DNA of 63,972 nt, filler included, from Thermoplasmatota archaeon (lineage in GTDB: Archaea; Thermoplasmatota; E2; JACPAO01; JAHFTW01): NCBI GenBank assembly GCA_041623215.1. It is 8 parts of 8 records of this genome, joined end to end, with 100 filler letters (N's around TTAATTAATTAA, not from the genome) between each part and the next. Parts side by side here need not be neighbours in the genome. Positions count along the whole stretch, not along the records: positions 41,368 to 49,057 come from JBFJXH010000076.1; positions 49,158 to 56,819 come from JBFJXH010000077.1; positions 56,920 to 63,972 come from JBFJXH010000089.1; 5 more parts are not named here. One strand, 5' to 3'. The notes under the pieces were generated by a model. It saw only the letters and a program-made list of their open reading frames with translations, was not told the origin of the DNA and searched no databases. A program made the position numbers and the translations under genes. Below, one piece after another: positions 46,971 to 57,093 of this stretch. Numbering within the stretch: the stretch's first letter is position 1; every line of letters starts with the position of its first letter.

Positions 46971-48104
46971 CTAACGATTGAGAATGGAATCTAGGAACCC
47001 TTTGCGCTTGGGTTTGACTTCCACTTGCAATTCTTCGGCCATGTCTTCCAAGAGCTCCCTGACCTTGTCGCTGACCTTGTCGGGCACCACGACTTTGATT
47101 CGAACATGCAGGTCGCCGCGGCCCGCGCCGCGCAGGTACGGCATGCCGTGGCCCTTGATTCGTAGGCGCTTGCCCGTTTCTGTGCCGGCGGGAACCTTGA
47201 GGGCGACTTGACCATCCAGGGTGTTCATGTCCACCGTGGTCCCCAGGACCGCTTGCGGGAAACTAATGGGGAGCTCGGTGAGCAAATCAGCGCCATCGCG
47301 GTGGAATACGTCGTGCTCCTTAATGGCCACCTCGACCAAGAGGTCGCCGGGCGGACCCCCGTGTTCACCCACCTCGCCGCCGCCGGCCACTCGCAGCACC
47401 TGGCCATGGTCGATGCCCGCCGGGAAGCGTACGTCCACCGTTCGTTCACGACGCTCATGCCCTGATCCATTACAGGCCTTGCAGGGCGTCTTAATGCGCT
47501 GGCCGCGACCTCGACATTCGGGGCAAGCGACGATTTGACTCATGACGCCAAACGGTGTCCGCTGCTGCGTACGCACCTGGCCGTGGCCATTGCACGCCGC
47601 GCAGGTTTCTACCGCGCTGCCGGGCTCGGCACCCTTGCCGTCACAGGTGCCGCAGTGCTCCATCCGAGGGTAGCGCAATTCACGGTCTACCCCTGCAAAG
47701 GCCTCCTTGAGGGTGATGGTGGCGCGCATCTGCAAGTCGCGCCCCCGTTGGGGGCCATGACCGCGACCGCCGCCGAAGCCGAATAAGTCCCCGAAAATGT
47801 CCGCGAAGCCGCCCATGCCGCGGAAGATGTCTTGGAAATCGGCGCCCCGGAAGATGTCCTCGGCCGAGTATTGCTGGTCAATCCCGGCGTGCCCGAATTG
47901 GTCGTACCGACGCCGCTTTTCGTCGTCGGACAGCACGGCGTACGCCTCAGAGACCTCTTTGAACTGGTCCTCCGCCCCGGCCTCCTGATTGCGGTCAGGG
48001 TGGTACTTGATGGCCAGTTTCCGGTACGCCTTCTTGATGGCGGCCGCGTCGGCCCCTTTGTCGACGCCCAGCACCTCGTAGTAATCGCGCTTACCTGTCG
48101 CCAT
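46971..48104 (-). CDS. dnaJ: Chaperone DnaJ
   Basis: RDYYEVLG, HPD, G/F region, four CxxCxGxG repeats. Confidence 0.97.
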   Translation of the reverse strand: MATGKRDYYEVLGVDKGADAAAIKKAYRKLAIKYHPDRNQEAGAEDQFKEVSEAYAVLSDDEKRRRYDQFGHAGIDQQYSAEDIFRGADFQDIFRGMGGFADIFGDLFGFGGGRGHGPQRGRDLQMRATITLKEAFAGVDRELRYPRMEHCGTCDGKGAEPGSAVETCAACNGHGQVRTQQRTPFGVMSQIVACPECRGRGQRIKTPCKACNGSGHERRERTVDVRFPAGIDHGQVLRVAGGGEVGEHGGPPGDLLVEVAIKEHDVFHRDGADLLTELPISFPQAVLGTTVDMNTLDGQVALKVPAGTETGKRLRIKGHGMPYLRGAGRGDLHVRIKVVVPDKVSDKVRELLEDMAEELQVEVKPKRKGFLDSILNR

Positions 48105-48239
48105 CTCTGAAGTCGGGTTCATGCGCGCTTCTATAAAACTCGGACGCCGGGGAAGCGCGGCAGCATTCGATTCACGTCACGTGCGCAGCAAACGGCACAG
48201 CACCACAGACTCAAACGGCGACCGGCGTTCCGCCCCCCC

Positions 48240-48752
48240 ATGACCTCCCCGGTGGTACAAGCGCTTCTTGACGGGAACAGCCAGTTTCGGCGCGAGGAAT
48301 GGGACCCACGTGACGCCACCCACAATGGCCGACCCAGCCGGCGTCTCGCCGTGGTCGCCTGCATGGATTCGCGCTACAGCATCGAGCGCGTCCTCGGTTT
48401 GGCACACGGCGACGCCAAGATCATTCGAACCGCCGGCGCCGTCGTGGACGAGGGCGCCCTGCGGTCCCTCGTGGTAGCTGTGCACGGCATGGGTGCGACC
48501 GACGTGGTGCTGCTTCCCCACACAAAGTGCGGCATGTTGGGCGTGGGAAACGGCGACCTGACGATTGCCAACGCCACCGGCGGGGACCCAGATATTGTGC
48601 AGCCGTGGCTAGACGGCTTCACAGATCTAACGCAACATTTGCAGGAAAGCCGACGTCGTATCTTGGAGCATCCTTACCTTCCCGACACCCTCAACGTGCA
48701 CATGTTGTTGTACGACAACGACACGGGAGCCGTCAGCGAGGTCCAACTGTGA
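48240..48752 (+). CDS. Beta-class carbonic anhydrase
   Basis: CMDSR and HTKC zinc motifs. Confidence 0.9.
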   Translation: MTSPVVQALLDGNSQFRREEWDPRDATHNGRPSRRLAVVACMDSRYSIERVLGLAHGDAKIIRTAGAVVDEGALRSLVVAVHGMGATDVVLLPHTKCGMLGVGNGDLTIANATGGDPDIVQPWLDGFTDLTQHLQESRRRILEHPYLPDTLNVHMLLYDNDTGAVSEVQL

Positions 48753-49057
48753 CGCCGCCTGAGCCGGCGCCGGCAGGCCCCACGCTGGACGATCTGCCCC
48801 CCAACCCCTACGACGAAGCCATGGGCCACCGCGTCACCAGCATCGGCCCAGACCATTGCTCCATGCAGACAGAAACCGGCACCACGTTTCACAATCCCAT
48901 GGGAACGACGCACGGCGGATTGTTGGCCGGCCTCATGGATTCCAGCATGGGATTTCTGGTAAGCAGCAACAACCCCGGCACAATCTGCACCAATGTTGAC
49001 TTGCAAATCTCGTTCGTTCGGGCCCGCCGCAAGGGGACGTTGACGGCAAAGGCAGAG
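48749..49057 (+). CDS. PaaI family thioesterase, 3'-truncated
   Basis: HNPMGTTHGGLLAGLMDSSMG; GTGA overlap. Confidence 0.88.
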
Positions 49058-49157
49058 NNNNNNNNNNNNNNNNNNNNNNNNNNNNNNNNNNNNNNNNNNN
49101 NTTAATTAATTAANNNNNNNNNNNNNNNNNNNNNNNNNNNNNNNNNNNNNNNNNNNN
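49058..49157. other. Artificial contig linker
   Basis: N44-TTAATTAATTAA-N44. Confidence 0.99.
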
Positions 49158-52100
49158 ACGCAGCAACGCGTCGTGGGGGACCAGGATGCTGTTGGCATCC
49201 GTTGCACCCGTGATGTTCATCCATGACGTTCCGTTGTCGCTGCTCCACTGCCACACGCCGTTTCCGGTGGCGTTGGTGACGGCGATGCCGATGTCCTGGG
49301 CGGGCAGGTCCGAGTCGGTTGCGATGCCGGCCAACAGGGTCGAGACGAGGGTGCCATTGGAGTCCAGGTCATCTTCCGTGATGGTCGCCAAGGCAGCGCC
49401 GCCGGAGAGGACCGGGGCGGCGTTCACTTCGATAATCGTGGAGTCGATGGGGACACAGACCGTTTGCGACGGCAAGCCGGCCACAGGCGACGGAGCGGTT
49501 GTGTTGTCGGTGGCGCAGACGTAGAACAACGCGGGGCCATCTTCGTCTTCGGCGGGCGTCCAGGACAGGACCCCGGTGGTCTCATTGATGGTGGCGTTGG
49601 ACGGAATCACGCCGGAAGGTGCACTCGGTTCGGTGCTCTCGGTACTCAAGAAAAAGCGGATGGCGGTCTCGTTGTCCGTGGCGTTCACGTCGTGCGTGAC
49701 CGTCACGTGCTCATCAATCGTGGCGGGCGGGAAGTCACCCAAATCCTCGAAGATGGGCGCATCGTCCACCAGGGCAACCGAGATTTCCACGAGGCGGCAA
49801 ACACTGATTTCAGGGTCATCCGGCAGGGGCACGGTCTGGTTGTCCGTGATGCAGACGTAGAAGGCGTAGTCGCCGGCCTGAGTGCCATTCGGCGTCCACG
49901 AGAAGTTGCCCGTGGTCAAGTTCATGGCAGCGCCTGCGGGAACGGCCCCGGTCGGGCCGCCGTCATGTGGGCCGCCGCTCAAGAAGAAGGACACCGGGAG
50001 ACCTTCGGGGTCGCTGCCGTTGAAGTCGTGGCCCAAAACGTCATGCTCGGACACATCCACCGGCGGGAAGCCGGGCGACGGGTCCAGAATGGGCGGGTCT
50101 TGGACTTCAAGGACATTGAGCCAGATGTCCACCGTTGCGGCGTCGCTGCCACCAGCGGTTGCGTTGGCTCGCACTGTGACGGTGTAATTGTTGGCGCCGT
50201 GGGCTTCACCCGCAAGCAGGCTGAGAAGACCCGTGGTGTTGTCAATCGTGGCACCGCTGCCATCATCGTCGACGATGCTGAACCAGACGGCGTTGCCCTC
50301 GGGGTCGGTGGCCGAGACGCTCACGTTGAGCCAGGTGTGCTCGGGGCCTGTGACCCCGCCTTCACCCAAATCGCCGAACACCGGCACATCGTCAATTTCG
50401 GTCACGTTGAACCAAACGTACACAGTAGCCAGGTCGGCCGCGCCGGCCGTGGCGTTGGCACCCACAGTCAAGGTGATGTTCATGCCACCCAGGGATTCAT
50501 CGCCCCACAGGGAAATGGCACCAGTTGTGTTGTCGATGGTGGCATTGGTGCCAGCGGCATCAACGAGGCTGAACCAGACGTCGCCTCCCTCGGGGTCGAT
50601 GGCCGAGACGCCAAAGAACAGCATGCTGTGTTCGGGGCCAGTCACGCCGCCGTCAGCCAAGTCGTCAAAGACGGGTGAATCGTCCACCTCGGTGATGTTG
50701 AACCAAATGGCGGTGCTGACGGCATCGGCACCGCCGAGCGTACCGTTAGCCTGCACGGCAATGGTGTAGTTGGTGCCACCGTGGACTTCACCTGTGGCGA
50801 AGCTGATGAGGCCCGTGTTGTTGTCGATGGTGGCCCCGGAGCCGCCATCGTCGGTGATGCTAAACCAAACCGGCCCACCGTCGGGGTCCGTCGCGTTCAC
50901 GTCAAAGGTGAGCGTCACATGCTCGGGCCCGGTGACGCCGCCGTCGCCGAGGCCGCCGAAGATGGGGGAGTCGTCCACTTCGGTGACGTTGAACCATACA
51001 GTAGTGAGATTGGTGTCCGTGGCAGAGCCATTCACGGCCACGGTCAACGTAAGGTTGGACCCGCCCAGCGACTCGGCGCCCCACAGGGAAAGGATGCCTG
51101 ACGAGGCATTGATGGACGCGTTGGTTCCTGCAGCGTTGGTCAGCGAGAAGGACACCGTTGCGCCTTCAGGATCGATGGCATCGACGTCCAAGGTCAGCCA
51201 GCCGTGCTCCGGGCCGGTGACGCCGGGCGGCGTGGTGATGTATGGCTTGTCGTCCACTTCGGTGACGTTGAACCAGACGGTGGCGCTGGTGAAGTCGGTA
51301 GATGCACTGGTGCCGTAGACGCCAATGGTGAATTGGTAGTCGCTGCCTCCGTGGATTTCTCCAGTGGCGAACGTAATGACGCCGGTGGCGTTGTGGATGA
51401 AGGCGCCGGTGCCGGCGTCATCAATCATGCTGAACCAGGGGGTTCCTCCTTCTGGGTCGGTTGCGTTGACGTCAAGGGTTAGAACGACATGCTCAGGGCC
51501 GGCCACATCCATGATGCCGCTGAAGACTGGAACATCGTCAATTTCAACGACGAACAGGGTAAAGGTCAGCGTGTTCCATCCACCAACACCATCGGTGGCG
51601 TTGACAGTGAAGGTGGGCGCCGTGCCGCCATCAGCCTCCGTGATGGGCCACGTGATGACGCCCGTCGTGGCGTTGATGGAGGCGCGGGTTGGGCCGTCAT
51701 CCAAGCTGAACGTGACCGTGTCGGGCACCGGCTTCAGGTCCGGGTCGGTGGCATTGACATCAAGCGTGAAGGTGATGTGTTCCTCGGCCGGCGGGTCGCC
51801 AATCGACTCAAAGCCCGGCACGCGGTTGACCTCTTCCACGTTGAAGATGACGGTCGTCGTGTTGGCGACGCCTGATGTGGTGTTCGCCTCCACCGTGAAG
51901 GTGTAATTACCGGGGCCGAACGCCTCAGATGGCCACCAGGTGATTGCGCCTGTCGCCAAGTCAACCGTGGCATTGGATGTGAAGTTTGTAGCCATCCCAT
52001 CGACGAAGCGGGATACGTTCAGTTGTCCGCCCGGCGCGTCCCCGCCGATGAGGGAAAAGAAGACAGTTTCGCCCTCGGGGTCCACCGCCGTAATGGGGCC

Positions 52101-53078
52101 GGAGGAAAGGAGCGTCATTTCGGGGCCGGTGACGGCGGAAACGGTGCCCAGTTCGGGCGCGTCGTCCACTTCGGTGACGTTGAGGAAGAAAGTGGCAGAG
52201 TCACTGGTGAGGTTGAGTGGGTCATCCCATTCACCCGCTTCCGAGGCCTCGACGCCAGTAAGGGGCCGCTGGTCTTGCACCGTCACCTGGAAGGGGTTCG
52301 TGCTGCCACCGGCCGATTCGCCGGGCGTCCACCTGATGAGGAGTTTGTCGCCAGTGGGCGTCGCCGTTGCGCCGGCGGGCAAGCCGGTAACGTTCCACAC
52401 CAAGGTTTGGGCGTCCTTCGGTGCGACGGTGATGTCCATGTCATGGGCATCGATGGTCTTGGACAGCGCGAAGTGTTCCGGAATGGTTTCGCCCCACACT
52501 TCTAAGTTGACGGCGTCGTTGTCGTCGTCCAGGATGAGGCCTTCCCCGTAGTGATCGAGGATGGTGACGGAACCGGATGGGGTGGCATCGTAGAGGAAGA
52601 TGCCAAACGCCTCGTCGCGCTCCGAGAGAGTGTCACCGTTGACTTGTACTTCGACAGTTTGTAGCGTAATGCCAGCGGCAAAAGTGGCGCGCCCACACGC
52701 GATGTCGTAGTCCCCGTGGCCTGAGCGCGCCTGGTAGCTGGCCGTCACCCATTCGACGTGGCTGACCACGCTTTGCGCGTCGCTTAATTCAATGTCAAAC
52801 GCGAACTGCTGCTGGCCCGAGTCACCCTCCAATGCAGGGGTCGCATTGCGGATAAAGAAGCCCGCGTTCCCTGATGCGTCGTCTTGGACCAAGTCTTCGG
52901 GCCCGACTTGGCAAATGATGTTAGCCAAGGGATTGTTTGGGTCCACTACGGTCCCTTGATCGGGATCGGCACCGTCATCGTGCTCGGCACTCCCAGGAAG
53001 TGCCCAAATGACAATCGCCGCGACAGCAACAGCCGCCATTACCAGCTTGACACGGTTACGCCGTGCAACAGCCCTCAT
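49158..53078 (-). CDS. Giant surface protein: Calx-beta domain plus about 10 cadherin/He_PIG-like repeats, 3'-truncated
   Basis: Signal peptide; V.V.GDT..E.DE.F...G.I.DDD; repeats ATDPEG...IDN.TG...NVTEVDD.P. Confidence 0.88.
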
Positions 53079-53184
53079 ACAGTGGGCCACGGAGCAGCAT
53101 ATCTAAACTGCTCGCCACGGGCACCCAAGCTTCGCGTGGAAGCCATCGGCAAAATGCCTTCAACAACGGCCGAATCGGCGCCCC

Positions 53185-54018
53185 GTGGCCCTGACACAGG
53201 ACGAGCTCGCCGAAAAGGCCCGGAAGCTCCGCATCGAAGTGCTCAAGATGACCCATGCCGCCGGCAGCGGCCACCCGGGCGGCTCGTTCAGCATGGCTGA
53301 ATTCCTGTGCAGCTTGTATTACAATCACGCCAATATTTCGCCCACCAGCCTCGATGACCCGGACCGCGACGTCATCATTCTGAGCAAAGGCCACACCGCC
53401 CCCGGCCTGTACGCCGTGCTAGGCGACCTCGGATTCTTCGACGAAGCGGAGTACCCCCGTCTGCGCCGGCTCGGAGGCCTTCTACAAGGTCACGCAGACC
53501 GCAAGATTCCCGGCATCGAAATGAGCACGGGTAGCCTCGGCATGGGCCTCGGATACGGTAACGGGGTTGCCCTAGCCAAGCGCATGGACGGCCAAGGCGG
53601 CCGGGTCTTCGTCATCCTAGGCGACGGCGAACTGCAGGAAGGCAACATCTGGGAGTCAGCCATGACGTCGGCCCATAGGGGCCTTGACAATCTCGTTGCC
53701 CTTGTGGACTGGAACAAGATTCAGATTGACGGCCATCTGGACGATGTCAAGGCGGTCGCACCCGTCAGCGACAAGTTCGCCGCGTTTGGCTTCCACGTCA
53801 TTGAAGCAAACGGCCACGACTTTGCGGCCATCGAAAACGCCTACCAAGGACTCGCCGATGCACCCGCCGGTAAGCCCGTGTGCATCGTGTTTGACACGGC
53901 CAAAGGCCACGGCGTCTCGTTCATGGCCGACACCGCCGAATTCCATGGCCGGGCCCTCACAGACGACGAAATGGTGCAAGCGCTGGCCGAACTGGGCGAA
54001 ACGGCCCGCGCGGCCTAG
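53185..54018 (+). CDS. Transketolase, N-terminal (TPP-binding) subunit
   Basis: SGHPGGS, LSKGH, LQGH, STGSLG.G, GDGELQEG...N, KG.GVSFM...FHG. Confidence 0.93.
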   Translation: MALTQDELAEKARKLRIEVLKMTHAAGSGHPGGSFSMAEFLCSLYYNHANISPTSLDDPDRDVIILSKGHTAPGLYAVLGDLGFFDEAEYPRLRRLGGLLQGHADRKIPGIEMSTGSLGMGLGYGNGVALAKRMDGQGGRVFVILGDGELQEGNIWESAMTSAHRGLDNLVALVDWNKIQIDGHLDDVKAVAPVSDKFAAFGFHVIEANGHDFAAIENAYQGLADAPAGKPVCIVFDTAKGHGVSFMADTAEFHGRALTDDEMVQALAELGETARAA

Positions 54019-54446
54019 GCCGAGAACGACACGGTGGTTGCACGTCGGCGCTGCAGCGTGCGCTCCACGCCGATGGCCGCAATGGCAACCAGCAGCCCCC
54101 AAACGGCCACCGTCAGCGCCCACGTTCCCGTCAAGTAGCCATAACCGAAGATGTTGTTGGCAATGACGAGTCCGTACAACACGTCGCCAGCGATGATGGC
54201 TGCAGGGACGTAGATGTCTTTGCCGGGATCTAGGGCCACAGCCCCAAAGGCCAAGGCCATGACGGCAAACTTGGCCACGGTCAACGACGCATCCCCTCCA
54301 TTGCCGAGCAAGGCCCCTGCCACGGGGTTGCCTTCGATACCTCCGGCGGTCAAAGCCAAACGCGTCGTCAGGACATCCAAAGCCTGGAACAACACAAGAA
54401 CCATCAGCGGGAATCGGACTCGCCAGATTTTTTCCGCGACGCGCAC
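54015..54446 (-). CDS. DUF5658-like membrane protein
   Basis: LDVLTT...G.IEGNP...K...NN pattern. Confidence 0.7.
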   Translation of the reverse strand: MRVAEKIWRVRFPLMVLVLFQALDVLTTRLALTAGGIEGNPVAGALLGNGGDASLTVAKFAVMALAFGAVALDPGKDIYVPAAIIAGDVLYGLVIANNIFGYGYLTGTWALTVAVWGLLVAIAAIGVERTLQRRRATTVSFSA

Positions 54447-54489
54447 ATGAGAACGTTTACTCCATGGGCTTTAACGTTGGTGTAAGGGG

Positions 54490-54502
54490 AAAAAGGAAGA
54501 AA
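54490..54502 (-). terminator. Possible archaeal T-rich terminator
   Basis: TTTCTTCCTTTTT about 10 nt after the FG-GAP gene stop. Confidence 0.4.
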
Positions 54503-54512
54503 GCACCACGCA

Positions 54513-56228
54513 TCAGAGCGGCAACGGCAACGCCGTCGCCGGACCCAAGGGCGTGGGAATCGAATACGGGTTCAACGGGTCGCTGCCGCCATCCACTTCC
54601 TCGCCATCGGTGAAGCCATCGTTGTCGGAATCGGTGTCATGCGGATTGGTCCCCGCAGCACGCTCGGCGCCGTCATCGAGGCCGTCGCCATCAGTGTCGG
54701 CGTCGTCCGGGTTGGTGCCGGCAACCGCTTCATCAGCATTGGAAACGCCGTCGCCGTCCCGGTCATCGTCGCACGGGTCGCCGACGTCATCTCCATCGAG
54801 GTCCTCCTGGTTCGCGTTCGGCGTGGCCGGGCAATTATCCTCGCCGTTAACGATGCCGTCTCCGTCCAGGTCGTCATCACAGGCATCACCGGTTCCGTCT
54901 TCGTCGGTGTCAGATTGGTCTGCATTGGCGATGTCTGGGCAATTGTCGATCCATCCGACCACGTCATCGTTGTCAGCGTCCAGGCCGTACACATACGCGG
55001 CTCCGTCATCGTTTCCCACGTCATCGTCCAGCGGAGCTCCAATGACAAGTGTGTGCTCGGACAACGCCACCCCGCGACCGTAGTCATCCTGGCCAAACGC
55101 ATCGCTCGCCGTAATGGTGGACGACAGCTCCCAGGCGCCGTTGGCGCGTTCAAACAGGTGGGCTCGGCCAGTGTTCGGCGAGGTTGAGTGGTCGTTGGGA
55201 GCCCCTATCAAGGCACGCTCGCCATGAAGGGCAACATCAACGCCGAATTGACTGCCAGAGACCCCATGGCCCAGTAGCTTCTGCACTTGTTGCCACTCCG
55301 TACCGTTCCACGAGAAGACGTAGGCGGATCCATGGTCACAACACACCCCGATGTCGTCGCGGGGGGCGCCGACGAGCAAGGTATCGCCCGCCAAATCTAC
55401 CGACTGGCCGAAATTGTCGCCGCTGGCGCCGTCAAGGGCAACAACGCGCTGCGTCGCAACCCAAGCACCCTCGATGAAATCAAAGACGACGGCGGCACCA
55501 TCATCAGAAGTACCGGAATCGGCCCGGTCAGATCCAACCGCGACGCGGTCGCCGTCAACAGCCACGCTGCGGCCAAACTGTCCGTAGTACTGCGGTACCG
55601 GATCCGTTAATTTCTGCGTTTCAAGCCAAGCCGTACCGTTCCAATCGAACACGTAAGCTGACCCGCCATTGGTCGTGCCGTCATCGTCCTGGTGCGCACC
55701 CACGATAATGCGATCGTCGTCGATTGCCACGCTGACGCCAAAGCCATCCGCATTGGCCCCATCACTGGCGGTCAACCGCTGAATTTCCACCCAAGAAGTC
55801 CCATCCCACTCGAAGACATAGGCGGCGCCCCTGTCGTATCCCCCTGCATCCTCTTGATGGGCGCTGGCCACGAGGCGATTGCCGTCCAGCGCTACATCAA
55901 ATCCAAACAGCATGCTGTACGACTGCACGGCCGGCACGATTCGCTGGGGCGCACCCCAGGAATCGCCATCGCGCTGGCTGACGAACACGGCCCCTGTGTT
56001 CCACGTCACCTCGTCCTCTAGGTACGCGCCAAAGGCAACCCACTCGCCTGACGTGGCGACGCTGAACCCGCCTTGCCCTCCGTTGAGATGGAATTGGCTG
56101 GTTAGTTTGGTCTCGGCCGGCGCCACGCTAGCATCTACCGGTAGCGCAGTCAACAAGACGACACTTGCCAGGACGGCACTTAGCAGGCGTTTTCTTCGAT
56201 GATTCAGCTGGTTGAACAATTCCACCAC
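54513..56228 (-). CDS. Secreted FG-GAP (integrin-alpha-like propeller) protein with thrombospondin type 3 repeats
   Basis: About seven FG.SVA..G....VGA..DD...G.AYVF blades; DNCP..AN.DQ.D.D.DG.GD.CD repeats. Confidence 0.9.
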   Translation of the reverse strand: MVELFNQLNHRRKRLLSAVLASVVLLTALPVDASVAPAETKLTSQFHLNGGQGGFSVATSGEWVAFGAYLEDEVTWNTGAVFVSQRDGDSWGAPQRIVPAVQSYSMLFGFDVALDGNRLVASAHQEDAGGYDRGAAYVFEWDGTSWVEIQRLTASDGANADGFGVSVAIDDDRIIVGAHQDDDGTTNGGSAYVFDWNGTAWLETQKLTDPVPQYYGQFGRSVAVDGDRVAVGSDRADSGTSDDGAAVVFDFIEGAWVATQRVVALDGASGDNFGQSVDLAGDTLLVGAPRDDIGVCCDHGSAYVFSWNGTEWQQVQKLLGHGVSGSQFGVDVALHGERALIGAPNDHSTSPNTGRAHLFERANGAWELSSTITASDAFGQDDYGRGVALSEHTLVIGAPLDDDVGNDDGAAYVYGLDADNDDVVGWIDNCPDIANADQSDTDEDGTGDACDDDLDGDGIVNGEDNCPATPNANQEDLDGDDVGDPCDDDRDGDGVSNADEAVAGTNPDDADTDGDGLDDGAERAAGTNPHDTDSDNDGFTDGEEVDGGSDPLNPYSIPTPLGPATALPLPL

Positions 56229-56333
56229 CGATGGGCAAATGACCTGCTCTTACAAACATATTTGGTAGGGCCAGGCGGCGGCTTCCTGTTGCTGCCCTGA
56301 AGCCTTAATCTTGGACTTTGGCTGCGGCGCCCC

Positions 56334-56819
56334 GTGAGCACTTGGACGCTTGGTGACAAGGTCGCCATCCGAGACGGATATGGCAAGGGACTGGTTGCTT
56401 TGGGCCGTGCCCATCCGGAGGTAGTCGCCCTCGACGCAGACCTAGCCGGAAGCACGCGCGCCGCTTGGTTCGAGAAGGAATTCCCAGACCGTTTCTTCCA
56501 GATGGGCATTGCCGAGCAGGACATGATTGTCACCGCTTGCGGCCTTGCCCATGCGGGGAAGGTGCCGTTTGCCTCCACGTTTGCCATATTCCTTCAGCGC
56601 GGCTGGGAACAAGTGCGAAATTGTGCCGCACGGCAGGGCCTCAATGTCAACTTGTGCGGTTCGCACGGCGGCCTCATGACGGGCCAAGACGGGTCCAGCG
56701 CACACGCGCTAGAGGACGTAGGCATTTACCGCGGTTTGCCCAATTTCCGCGTGGCGGCGCCAAGTGACGCGGTCGAGGCCCGCGAAGCAGTTGCGGCCAT
56801 GTACGCCTACGACGGGCCG
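56334..56819 (+). CDS. Transketolase, C-terminal subunit, 3'-truncated
   Basis: LDADLAGST, GIAEQ, STFAIF, EQVR, G.DG.SAH..ED. Confidence 0.92.
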
Positions 56820-56919
56820 NNNNNNNNNNNNNNNNNNNNNNNNNNNNNNNNNNNNNNNNNNNNTTAATTAATTAANNNNNNNNNNNNNNNNNNNNNNNNN
56901 NNNNNNNNNNNNNNNNNNN
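56820..56919. other. Artificial contig linker
   Basis: N44-TTAATTAATTAA-N44. Confidence 0.99.
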
Positions 56920-57055
56920 CGGGGCCAACCGCCACCAGCGCGGCAACGGTGAAGCCGCAGGCTAACCAGTAAAGGTGGCGACGGGGGTGAGGGTGGCCCT
57001 GCACGGTCAATCGACGGGGGACCTTGGTTTTACCATTTGTTGGTCGCTCCGCCAC
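56920..57055 (-). CDS. Possible start of a membrane protein, 3'-truncated
   Basis: Basic N-terminus then hydrophobic LYWLACGFTVAALVAVG running into the linker. Confidence 0.35.
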
Positions 57056-57093
57056 GGATTCCTGGCACGGTCGGCCTTCGTCATGGCCTCGGA

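Noticed and set aside
8294..49057. The two truncated thioesterase fragments as halves of one gene joining contigs 1 and 6
   Set aside because: They cover the same homologous segment with different sequences, so they are paralogs
8537..56919. Regularly spaced TTAATTAATTAA repeats
   Set aside because: Identical N-padded assembly linkers, not biology; ORFs running into them are truncation artefacts
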